Assembly (NCBI RefSeq): GCF_018977255.1
Contig: NW_024704742.1
Coordinates: 106,394,001 to 106,458,000 of the forward strand
From: Callorhinchus milii
Taxonomy: Eukaryota
Reading direction: 5' to 3'
DNA length: 64,000 nucleotides
The notes beneath the pieces are model-generated. The model was not told the DNA's origin. It did not search any database and saw only the letters and a program-made list of their open reading frames with translations. Below are positions 52,701 through 64,000 of the stretch, in pieces. Position 1 is the stretch's first letter. Each line of letters opens with the position of its first letter. A program made the position numbers and the translations under genes.

Positions 52701-53544
52701 AGAGTAAAGTATGTGTCCTGCGGGGAATCCAGTGAAGGTCCTAGAATGCAGCTCCAAGGCAATTTTGGATGGGAGCTGAGATTTTGTGATTCAGGGAATA
52801 CTGTACATGGGGTTTCCTAGAGGAAGTCTGCTTTATATCCCAAGGCACTGGATACACTGCTCTTTTCCCAGCGAATGCTCTTCAACCCCATTATACTGAG
52901 TGACATCTTTATCCATACACAGAGAGTTCTTGTGTCTTGTGTAATGCCCTGAGTGTGGAATGACAGTACAATAACAGTGTGCATATGGTGTGAGATTTCA
53001 CATTACTATCTGAATACTGACAAACTGACCCGAGCAGCTCTTCCTGGACTTAAAACATCTTTGTAAGGGAGTCCATCCAGATATGTTTTCTTGGCGGAAA
53101 TAATGGTCTTCCAGCACTGAGTGAAGCGAATAATTTGTTAGGCGCATTCTGACTGTCTGCTTGATCACACCAGAACTCATTCTGACTGTCTTTGTAGAAC
53201 CAGCCCATCCAGTTAAGTGAACTGTAGCATTTGTTCCAGTTGCACTTCCCTAATAGGCACTTCTACAGATGGCCTGCCTGCTTAGATTGATGGCTACTCT
53301 CCACTCTGCTGCTATATAAAAGTGCAGACTCTGTGGAGGTGTGTCTTCCAACCACCTTGGAGACCGGGGTTATGTAAGTGTAGCACAAGACACAAACAGT
53401 GCAAGTCCATATGAGAGCTGGGAAGTTTCATGCAGATCATCACTTTTTCTTTGTATTCAGTTTGGGTTTTAAGGTTGGGCAAGATAGTCAAAGGAAATAT
53501 TAACAAGGAAAATAAATCAATATTAGGTGATTAATAGTAATACA

Positions 53545-53990
53545 TTAATAATAATAATTCTTGCAGTTGAATTAACACTTTATTGTGTCGATATGTCTCA
53601 AAGCGATTCACAGGATTTTACTGTGAAATGCAGTGACTGTATTTGTTGACAAACCCTTATGCAGAATAATATCCCACAATCAGCCATGAAATGAGTGTCT
53701 AATTTTAGTTAGAGAAATGTTGGCCAGTACACGGGGGAAACTCTCTTCTCTTTCCAAATAGTTCTTTATAGGATTATTAGGATCTTTAACATCTACTTTA
53801 ACAGATAGATGGGACTTCAGTTTAATGGCTAATCCAAAGGACAACACCTCCAACAATGAAGCACCACCCCCACCAACACTACATTTGAGTGCCAGCATAG
53901 ACTAGATAAATTCCAAATCCTGACATGGGCCCTAAAAGCACAACTTTCGATTAAGAGGTGAGAGTGCTACAACTAAGCCAGGCAAACACC
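53545..53990 (-). mobile_element. Deu-domain SINE, near full length
   Basis: Tail, Deu domain and tRNA head are all recognisable on the reverse complement. Confidence 0.8.
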
Positions 53991-54251
53991 TGAGTAGAAA
54001 AGGGAGCATGCTTTGTTTTTTTTTCTACTTCCTGATATTCTCTCCCTAAATTCCTTCACTTCACTCCCTCCTGCTCTCCTTTCAAAACCCCTCTCAATAC
54101 CTATCACTTTGACTGCACCTTTGGCTGCCTCCCCACCAGATCCATATCCTCCACCCTGCTTGGGATCCCATTCTTTCTATAAATGGTTTGAGACATTTTC
54201 CTGCATGAAAGGTGCACTAAATAAGTGCAAATTGTTTTGTTGCTACAGTTC

Positions 54252-54416
54252 GACTCTCGACTCTCTACCCCCTCCTCGCTCCCTCCCTTCCCTCCCCTCA
54301 CCCTGACCATTTCCCCTTGCTCGGGTCCTGACCTAACTGTACAGCGCCTTCGGACGTCCTCCCGACGTGAAAGGCGCTCAATAAATGGAATCTTGTTGTT
54401 GTTGTTGTTGTTGTTG
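54252..54416 (+). mobile_element. Young L2 3' end with 8-bp target-site duplication
   Basis: tacagttc at 54244-54251 and 54417-54424; follows an older L2 tail at ~54030-54243. Confidence 0.9.
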
Positions 54417-56276
54417 TACAGTTCATTCAAAACGCTTTTGTTCGCTTTTATACGAGGAAATCGCACTTTAATTAAATGTTGACTGACAATACCGAACAAC
54501 GTGAGTTGGACAATTCAAGGATCTCAGTTCACAATTTACGTTTATATACAGGCGATTTTGCTTCTTTTCTCAGATGAAGTATTGCTTTAATTGAGTCTGT
54601 GATTGTGTCCAGCAAGAAAAGTAGATTAGATTTACACGTGTCATTTTACATCTTTCCCATGAAAGAGCGAACAGGACATTCACCTGAAATCTTCCATTTT
54701 CAAGTTGAAAAGACACAGGTTTTCATCAAATAAATACATTCAGTTAGTTTGCTTGTTTTTTACATAAACCCCTTGTATCGATTTCCATGAGGCAGACTCC
54801 AACTTTATTGTACCTCCAGGGCTTTAGCTATAAACGTGCAAAATAATTCCAGATGAAAAATACTCATGGAAATATGAAACTAAATGATTGATATACAGCG
54901 AGTTAGACTGGCATAAATTACCATAGTGTACAAACATAGTGTAGCTAATTTTAGTGCTTCCTATTTTTCCCTTGGTTTAAATGAGAAAAATAGCAATGTT
55001 ACTTATTTGCATTTGTTAGACGACTTTAATAGGGAAACAGATGGTGCTGTCCATCTCCCCTCATTTTCTGCCCCTTGTCTATTTCCCTTCGTACTCTGCT
55101 ATTCTCCAATCATCCAATAGACAGGATGAACAGCAATCGAGTTTTACACGGCTGCTGCAATTGTGATCATCGATTGCCAGGTTTGCATTTTGGTTCTATC
55201 CTCGCCCTCAATCTGATATTGTTACAGTCCCCTTGTTCAATTCTATATGTTCCATCCTGGTTTCCTTCTCCCCCTCTCCCCCCTACCTAACATGCCTGTG
55301 GCCAACCCCTCTGCCCCCCACCCACCACTCCCCACACCTCTGTTTTTGTTTCAGATTTCCGGCATCTGCAGTATTTTACATTTTGCCCACGCATTCTAAG
55401 TTGGGCGTCATTTACCCATTGCTCCCCTTCCCTGTTCAGCTCTGCCGGCTCCCCACCTCCCTCCCCCACCCTTTCTACTGGCCATTAAGTATGTTACAAA
55501 CACAAACCACACAATCTAGCCACCTAGCTGAAAGTCAAGGATTGATGTAAGCAAACAGCTTCAAATAGCAGACAGTCCTCCTCCTGAACCTCAGATCTCT
55601 GAGTGCAAACCAGTTTAATATCCAAAAAGAATATCCAATAGTATATTTTCACAGATCTCAGAGATTATGAGTTGACTGTACTGGATACTAACTAAAAGGC
55701 AGAATGAACAAGATGTTCATCACACTTCATGGAGCTGGATACTTCAGTTGCAGGATGGACCTTTACTGCCCCCCTAAGACGACAAGTAAACACAGAGAAC
55801 CAGCAGACTTGTTAGTCAGCATGGAATGAAAGCAGATTCTCAAATTACACTGTATTGACTATTTACAGGAGTATTCTGACTTTTTNGGAGGCTACTAATT
55901 TTATAATAATAACCCTTGCATTTGGTACAGTGGCTTTCACGTTGGGAAGATATCCCAAAGCGCTTTACAGGTCACACATTGTAACTGCAGTGAATGTGTG
56001 TTTTGTAGTGAACATGGCAGCTAATTTGTGCTCAGTAATATCCCGCAAACAGCCATGAAGTGAACGATCAATTTTATTTTGTTGAACTACCCGATTGGCA
56101 GCAAAATGCATTTGACAAAGCTGAGGCTCATTGCAATCCACTGGAACAGGTTACTGGAATCTTTGGTAAATAGTATCAAAGAAAAGACACATGTAAAACT
56201 GGTCATGATGTAGGTTTGTTATCTTTCCAGCTCATTGGTTTCTAGACGAGTCTCAGCAGTCACAATTGTATGTTGA

Positions 56277-56293
56277 TGCCGCCCTCTGGCTGA
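56277..56293 (-). promoter_or_regulatory. CTCF-like motif
   Basis: Reverse complement tcagccagagggcggca resembles the CCASYAGRKGGCRS consensus; motif match only. Confidence 0.3.
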
Positions 56294-56402
56294 TCACTGG
56301 TTAACTCGTTTTTTTAATCAGGTTTACCGCTGAGATACCTTCTCATTGCAATAGAAGGCATACACTTTTATACATACACTGCAAGATCTTCTAATAAAGC
56401 CA

Positions 56403-56850
56403 TTATAATAATAATAATAATCCTTGCATTTGATATAGCACTGTATCACGTGTTTGAGACGTCTCAAAGTGCTTCACAGAATATACTATAAAATGAACCT
56501 ACTGTATATTTTGTGGGTAAAATGCGGCAGCCAACTGCGCACAACAGTGTCTCACAAACAGTCGTGGATTGAAGTGACCGATTTATTATTTTTCTTGAAG
56601 GAATTATTATCCCCAGAAAAGCGATCCATCAATTGACTGACAACCGGTTCCTATTTACTGCTAAATGAATAGAGGTGTGTGGAGTAAGGAAACTTGCCCA
56701 AGGTTTTGCCCTGCCGGGAATCGGACCCAGGTCTCTCGCTTGCGAGTGCTCTAACCACTGAGCTACAAGGTTTCTAATTAATCCAGATTAATCCAACTGC
56801 TGAGGGTTAATTTTAAATGTGTAAAATCGTTCAAGCATAAGAAAACTCAC
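56403..56850 (-). mobile_element. CORE-like tRNA SINE, full length, with 5' extension
   Basis: Reverse complement: gtagctcagtggttagagc...ggtccgattcccggcagggcaaaaccttgggcaagtttccttactccacacctct...agcagtaaatagg, then the shared tail. Confidence 0.88.
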
Positions 56851-57239
56851 CCAGTTTACAGTAGACAGTGATTTAATATAACAACAACTTGCATTTATAT
56901 AGCCCCCTACATGTGGGGCAGCTTCTCAGAGGGCATAACATTGAGTGATTCTGATCCAGGGGAGGGAGGAGGTGAAATCATGGCCACCGATGGTGGAGCG
57001 AAGGTGACAAGAGATGAGCAGGAAGCCAGAGCCAACCGAGCGGAGGCGAGAGGCAGTCTCATGGGGAGAAAGCAGGTCATAATACAGTAATACAGTGCCT
57101 GCAGGAGAGTTATTAGAAGCTCACAAACCCCATTTACATTGTCATCCGGTGCAACCCTCCGCATATTTGCAACTTAGCACCAAGAGGCAATCATTAAACC
57201 AGGAACTTTTAAATTTGGAGATAGTTACAGGGGCTAGGG

Positions 57240-57662
57240 GTCAGCCTGGCTCAGTTGATAGCGCTCTCGCTTCTGAGTGAGAAGGTGATGGGATCAAGCA
57301 CTACATGGAGAGTTTGAGCTCAGCATAGGCTGACACTGACTACAGTGAAGTGCTTCACTGTTGGAGGTGAGATATTAAACTGAGACTCCATCTGCCTGTT
57401 AAGGTGGGTGTTAAAGATCCCATGGCATTATTCTAAAAAAAAGAAGAGTTTCTCCTGATGCCCTCGCCAAGAATCTCCCAGATAAAATTTGGTCCTTCAC
57501 TTCGTGGCAATTTATGGGACATTGCTATGTACAAGATTGTCTGTCGCGTTCACCTACAAATATACAATCATTGCACTTCACTGTAAAATATTATGATGTG
57601 CTTTGAGACATCTCAACAACACGATAAGGTGCTATGTTAAAGGGAAGGATATTCTTTTATTA
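57240..57662 (+). mobile_element. Deu-domain tRNA SINE, full length
   Basis: ggctcagttgatagcgctctcgcttctgag head, Deu domain, shared tail. Confidence 0.85.
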
Positions 57663-58117
57663 CATTCCAATTGAATTAATTCCAGTTTGTCATTATCAAA
57701 CTGCAGTTCTATTTTACTGGATTTTTAAGTTTGATTTTACATGAAAATTGCATTGAATCAACACGAACTGTGTAACTGGAGAACATGTAGGCTTATTTTG
57801 ATGTATTCATCCAGGAAAGTGTATTTATGTAAACTGAGATTAGTCTTGCCCTCCGGGCAAGATGATCAAACTCTTTATTAGAAAAAGTAATCTGGGTCTT
57901 TGAAATTCAGATCATGTAAGGGAGAAAAATACAAGGAAGTGAAATTAACAACAATTAAAGCAAACAACACAGTTTAAAATGTAAATCAGTCTAGCTCAGT
58001 TGGTAACACTCTCACTTCTGAGTCAGAATGATATAAGTTCAAATCCCATGTTGGAACGTGAGCTGCTGTCTTGTCCGATATGCTAGAAGTAATTCTGAGG
58101 TATTCAGGGTGCGCAGG

Positions 58118-58155
<38 letters not shown>

Positions 58156-58567
58156 CCTTCCATTTGATGTTGTGTCTTATTACATCATCGAATCATCTCA
58201 AAATGCATCACAGGAATTACTGTAAAAATGGAGTGACTGTGTATTTGTGGGCAAATGCAGGCAGCACAATTGTCCTACAAACAGTCAAGGAATGAGTGAC
58301 CAATTTTATTTGGGGATTGTTGTCCAGGACATCGGGAGAAACACACTTCTCTTTTTGAATAACAACATGGGATCTTTAACATCCACCTGATCAGGCAGAC
58401 TGGTCATCGGTTTCACATCTCATCCGAAGGATGGCATCTCTGACAATGCAACACACCCTCAGCATTGCATTGGAGTGTCCGCTTAGACTATGCAAGTTCA
58501 AGTCCCAACGTAGGATTTGAACCCACAACCTTCTGACTCAGAGGTGAGAGTCACTGAGCCAAGCTTT
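58118..58567 (-). mobile_element. Deu-domain tRNA SINE, full length, with expanded (TAA)n tail
   Basis: Reverse complement of the 57240 copy; microsatellite at 58118-58153. Confidence 0.85.
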
Positions 58568-60674
58568 CACACAAATTTACTGTAAAGTGTAGTGACTGTA
58601 AATTTGTAGGTGAATATAGCAGCCAATTTGTGTATTACCATGCCCCACAACCAGCCGTGAAGTGAATGACCAGTGGCTTATTTCAGTCACATAGCTTTCA
58701 AACCCTAAGTACAAATGAGGTATGCAGTCTTGCTTTACTTATTATGTCTCATTGTGTGTTGTATTACTTGTCTGATCTTCACACAATGTATTTTATATCA
58801 AAGCAGCTGATATTTTATTGAAGTACAATACTGTATTTTTCTGTCCATTTGTAAAATAGGTGATTGCCCAACTTAGTCTCACTGGTGAAGAGGTTTTGCA
58901 GGCTCTAGCCTGCCCGAGGGGTTAAAATGCTGGGCTGTGGGAAGCTAGGCATCAAATCTAACTGCGGATCTGCTTTTAAAACATTACATCATCATGCAAA
59001 TAAATCTCAAGTGCTCATTATTAAAAACAAAAGAGAGGTACCTTGGGAAGGGAGGTAATGGAGTGCCTTCCTTCTATCACCTCAAGGAGAAGCTGTTTAC
59101 ATTTGAGCCAAGGTGCTTGGCGGTTCCTGAAAATGCTTCTGATAGTAACCATGGCAATGGGCTCTGTAAGCATGAATAGTGTGGGAATGGCTTCCTTGGG
59201 AAAGCTTGGTTGGCAGACTGAACAGTAAGATACAAATTAACAGTGTACACTCTCCTCCTTGTACTCTGGCTGCCGGATGGAGGCCTGTATTTTGTGGCTT
59301 GTGCTTTTCTGTTTTGTAGCCTTGATGGAGTGACCTCATTTGGATTAAGCCAGTGAAAAACTGTACATCTTGTCAACTCAGCCACCGGTCATTGACTTTG
59401 GGGTCTTTGGTCTGAGTGCACCTATCCTTCACATTACGGCAAGTGAAGCGGGAGGAAATCAAAATAAAGATGTATCAGCCCACATTGTTGGCATCCATTC
59501 AGCGTCGCATGCTGAGTGCCCAACAGAGAGAGTGACAGATAGGTAGACAGGCCTCTGTTTGCATTTTCTCTCAGTTTCTGCAGCAGTGCCAGCATTTGCC
59601 CTCAACTTCACACTGGGACAGCTTTTGTGCTCTCGATTAATTTTGTGGCATATTGCTGCTGATTAATTTGTAAAAGCTACAATACTTTGTGTGGAGGTAA
59701 TAAAAATGATAAATAAAGATACATATTTTCAGTAGCCCTGTGAGACTGAAATCGCATCGCCAAACAGCAGTGCCAGGTGGTTTGTGAAATAGGTGCACAA
59801 AACCTCCAGCTGTCTCACAGCAATAGGTGTCAGTGTCCTTAATGAACTGGAACACATAATTCAACTTGACATAACCAGGAGGCAATGCAGATGCAGTTTT
59901 TGAAGCACTGCATGCATTTGGTATCTATAAACAGTAATCCTCTGCTTGGTACCTGCATCTATGGATTGTAAAATTGTATCATCATTTCCGATAGATATAC
60001 AAGATACAATACAATACAAAATTACATTTGTATAGTGCCTTTCTCATTGGGAGAACGTCTCAAGACACTGGACAGTCAGGGATTTGGATAGTTTACATAT
60101 AAGAAGAATTTAAATGTTAAACCCATGATGTACAAACGAAACATAGAGGGAAGGGCGAAAGTCCTTCCAGGCTTACTGACTTGCTGTATTCTATCAGAAA
60201 AAACATACCTGGCATGGGAAAAAGAACGGAAAACGACCGCTTAAGTGATTTAGTCTTGGCTTTCTTTGATCTTGATTCAAAATTGCCATCTCGTGGTTTC
60301 ACCTCACATGGCACCAGGATATGTGCGTGCAAACCCTTCTGTCCAGTTTAGATGAAATATTTGAGACACCCTTAGGTTGTTGTAGTGCCTATGTATATTA
60401 CCTGATGCCATGTCAAGTGGAAAGCAATCCTTTTTGATAGTAAATGTCCTTTTGATGGTATTAGATTGGAGTTTCCACAAACAATTTAATACAGTGAGGG
60501 ATTCTGTTATTAAACCCAAAGAGAAATTATACTTGACTGTTTAATAAATTTGCAAGAAATGTATAATACATAACAGCTGAGTGTAGGATTATGTGATACT
60601 ATATTGTATAAGATTAGTAGGAAATTAATTCAACTCAGTGTATTTATGAACTTATGATTCATACTCTTGTGTAG

Positions 60675-60920
60675 TCCTTGGGATGTGCTGTATTGTCAGG
60701 TGATATCCTTCAGATGAGACATTAGACTAAGGTCCCTTCTGCCTATTCAGGTGGACATTAAAGATTCCATGGCATGATTCAAAAGAGGAGAGAATATCTC
60801 TTTGGTGTATTGGCCAACAGTCCTCCAGATCAAATTGGATATTTGCTTCATGACTGTTTGTGGGACATTGTTCAGCTCAAATTGGCTGCCACATTCACGT
60901 GCAAAATACAGTCAATACAC
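60675..60920 (+). mobile_element. Deu-domain SINE fragment
   Basis: atccttcagatgagacattagactaaggtcccttctgcctattcaggtggacattaaagattccatggca. Confidence 0.8.
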
Positions 60921-61815
60921 TTGCTCTCAGGCTCCCCAATGGCTCAGACGTGTATGCCTGCACTACGTTGGAACATATGCACTACATTGACCACAAAGTG
61001 AAAAAAGTTGCTTTACCTTGCAAAAACATTCCTATCCACTTCTGCTACTGTAAGATTTCCAGTAGTACTATCTAAAAACTTGTGAAACTACCAGCTGTTC
61101 TTGCTTCAGCGCATAAGATAAATGAGTCCTGAGAGGTGCTTGCTATTAATGTATCCTCTGGATGCATTCAAGAGCAGCAGCCTGGTGGGGAATGCCACTA
61201 TTCCATCTACCTCTGTCATGTTGGCAGATGTCTACTCAATGTAACCTGTGGCCAAGGTTCATTACTACAAAGTGCCTGTCTACAGTGCAACTTGCTTGAG
61301 GAAAACCTTATGAATATGGAGCGCTAAACCTATTTTCAGCATCCACTCAGGGGACTGGACCAAAGTGTCTCATATGTAAGGGTGGCTTCTGAGTAAGGGT
61401 TCATTGGTGTGTGTAGAATTTTTCAGTATATATGTGTATAGAAAAATACAGTGCAGATGTGAAACCATAAATCAAACTAGTTTTAAAAAAGTAATAAATC
61501 AATTACAAAACACAAATTGTTACTGTGTATAGACTCCCGCTAGACTCCTGGTGTGCGCCAATGCCACACTGACCAGCTTACCAAACCAGATCTGGTTGCT
61601 AAAAGGGTGTCTGTACACTGACATGACTAAAAACTAGTGGGCATTGATTGTGTTATACAGATGGTTGCTGAATAGAGGTGGCTTATTATGGAAAACTGGT
61701 CTGGACTGTACCAGGGTAGTTGTTGACAGAAGGTTATTGCTGAATTGAGGTGGTTGTTTTAACAGGTTTGATTGTACTGCCGATTTAATTATCTGTAATA
61801 TACATAATGTTCATT

Positions 61816-62142
61816 GGAGTCCTGTAGCTCAGTGGTTAGAGCACTCGCTTTGCAAGTGAGAGACCTGAGTTCAATTCCAGGCAGAGGGCGAAACCTTGGG
61901 CAAGTTTCCTTACTCCACACAGAGCCTAATAATAATCCCTCCAAAAAAAAAAAAACAATAATTAAATTGGTCATTTTCAATCTACGACTGTTTGTGGGAC
62001 ATTGCTGTGCGCAATTGGCTGCCGCGTTCGCCTACAAATATACAGTCAATTCACTTTACAGTGTGTTCTGTGAAACGCTTTGGGACGTCCTCCCGACGTG
62101 AAAAGCGCTATATCAAATGCAAGGATTATTATTATTATTATT
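61816..62142 (+). mobile_element. tRNA(Ala)-derived CORE-like SINE, internally deleted subfamily
   Basis: ggagtcctgtagctcagtggttagagcactcgctttgcaagtgagagacctgagttcaattcc; its tail contains the L2 core gggacgtcctcccgacgtgaaa. Confidence 0.9.
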
Positions 62143-63719
62143 GTGCACAATGCTGCACTGATTAATCGATAAATACCGTGAGTGTTTAGGTAGATTCACA
62201 TAATCTTTTTCATTTACAAAGGCAGTTAACTGTCAAATTTTAGCACTTGTTATTAGTTAGATATTGAGTTTAAATGATTTGTGTGTCATTTTCAGAACGA
62301 TAATGCTAATGCTATACACTGCCAAAATTCTCTTATTCTATCCTGTTGATACTGAAGTCCAAACCTGGATTTGCATAAATGTCCAATCCTGACAAGAAAC
62401 AGTTGCATCGAAGTGTTGGTTCCCATATATCTTTGTGACACATGTCTGGTATCCGTAAGGATTCAGTATTTACGATCCTTCACAAATCCAGTTTGCAAAT
62501 ATCTACTTTTCTCTCTAAAACTGTGCACGTGCCACAGCTTCCACAGTTACAATCCTGATAAAAGTGCTGTTAAAATGGATAACCTTTTTGCAGTAAACAA
62601 ACTACAAGTTGAACAAGTTCACAACATAATTTATGATAGAAAAGGGCAGCCAAATACTTCGTGAAAGAGTTTCATTTGAGGGAGAAGCCTACTCCTAACA
62701 GTGTTGGAATAGATGATGCTTCTGTAAGTTCTGCATGCCATCTATTGCTAGAATAATGCACTGCTTACACGTAGTAACAAAAATCCATGCAATAAAAGCA
62801 CGATGCAAAACCAAACTGATATGAACAGAAGATCTTTTATGTACTATGTAAAATCTTTGGGTAATGGGCTTTCTGGCACATCATGCACAGGCAGTGCTGT
62901 TGTCTGTAATCATATCCTCCTAGCATTGAATGAGCAATTAAACATTGTTTAATTAAGGTTTGTCAATAAAGCAATTGTCCCTTACCTAAGTAGGCTGTCA
63001 TTTACTGACCCCCTGCTTGTCACTTTCGATATGGTCTCTACCCTTCCCCTTTGTGGATCATTTCGACAATGAATCAAAGTACTGAGTGCATCAAAGCGTT
63101 TCATGTTGGACAAGTGAATGTCTATTGATATGAGCAGTTAAACAATGGCACTTACTTAATATTAACAAATCCGTGGGAAAGTGAAGCTGGGATGATCATG
63201 AATGAATTCCAATTTCAGAGAAAGGGACTGGGTTTGATGACATTGAGTGAATCTGGACCTGTGCTGATACTTAGGTTGAAATTAGAGGTGTTTCATAACA
63301 TTTTCTTTGAGTTTAAGGGACACATTACAAAGTTTATGAAATGTCACTTTGTTTTATAATTCCTTAAAGGTACTGTCCTTTGGATAAAACACTAAATTGA
63401 GATCCTATTTGCTTGTTTAGATGGATGTTAAAGATCCCATGACACTCCTGGCCAACAGTGGTCCAAAATGATTTAGTCGTTCATCTTCTGGCTCTTTGTG
63501 GGACAATGCTACACACAACCACTACATTTACCAATAATTATTATTGTAGTTGCTATCAAATTCAAAGATTTTTTTAAATATATATAGTCCACACAAAGAT
63601 ATGCCTTCCTAAGTAACTTTGAGATACCTGTGCATATGCAAGATTTTTTTACCAAAAGTCATTTTTTTCTGAAGTTTAACCTGTTTCAACAATACAAATG
63701 CAGGCATGTAAATTCTGTC

Positions 63720-63785
63720 TGATGGCCTCCCGATGTGAATGGCATTATATAAATGCAATTCATTGTTGTTTGTTGTTGTTGTTGT
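63720..63785 (+). mobile_element. L2 tail
   Basis: cctcccgatgtgaatggcattatataaatg followed by (TTG)n. Confidence 0.7.
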
Positions 63786-63789
63786 GCTT

Positions 63790-64000
63790 CCAGGAAAAGG
63801 CCGTTTTGGGTGGATATGAAGCAAGACAGGGTTTTCTAAGCAAAAGGAGCAGCTGGGTTGGTAGGGCTGTAGGAGGTAGCGCAAGGTCATGGAGCAATAT
63901 AAAGGTGAGAACAAGGATCTTGAATTCAATCCACTGGGTGATGGGAGCCAGTGGATCTTAGCGAGCATAGGAGTTATAGGCACACAGAGCCTTGTGCAGT
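63790..64000 (-). mobile_element. L2 ORF2 fragment (cut by window edge)
   Basis: PITPMLAKIHWLP motif in ORF 63609-63983. Confidence 0.8.

Noticed and set aside
44491..55886. N bases at 44491, 51544 and 55886
   Set aside because: All follow T homopolymers, so they reflect sequencing uncertainty rather than biology
58118..58153. (TAA)n and (TTG)n microsatellites throughout the window
   Set aside because: They are SINE and L2 terminal repeats

Overview
This is AT-rich vertebrate intronic or intergenic DNA, most likely from a cartilaginous fish (possibly a holocephalan such as Callorhinchus). That assignment is an inference from the repeat mix; isolated N bases inside homopolymers suggest a pyrosequencing-era assembly. 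I recognise no host protein-coding exon, rRNA, functional tRNA, CRISPR array or prokaryotic feature. Every long ORF I can assign is a decayed, 5'-truncated CR1 or L2 LINE ORF2 fragment, or the antisense shadow of one. The window also holds two tRNA-headed SINE types, one with a Deu domain and one with a CORE-like domain, which share an L2-type 3' tail; many elements are nested or inverted. The best unexplained signals lie in unique DNA: a perfect 35-bp inverted repeat 2.1 kb apart that reads like a splice acceptor, a perfect 24-bp-arm hairpin, an exon-like segment built on three 22-nt repeats, and a 138-bp direct repeat. Two repeat-associated signals also stand out: a SINE subfamily with a shared 5' extension and a candidate L2 3' transduction. 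None of this demonstrates a new biological system. Repeat boundaries are approximate (tens of bp), and family names come from recalled motifs, not database searches.
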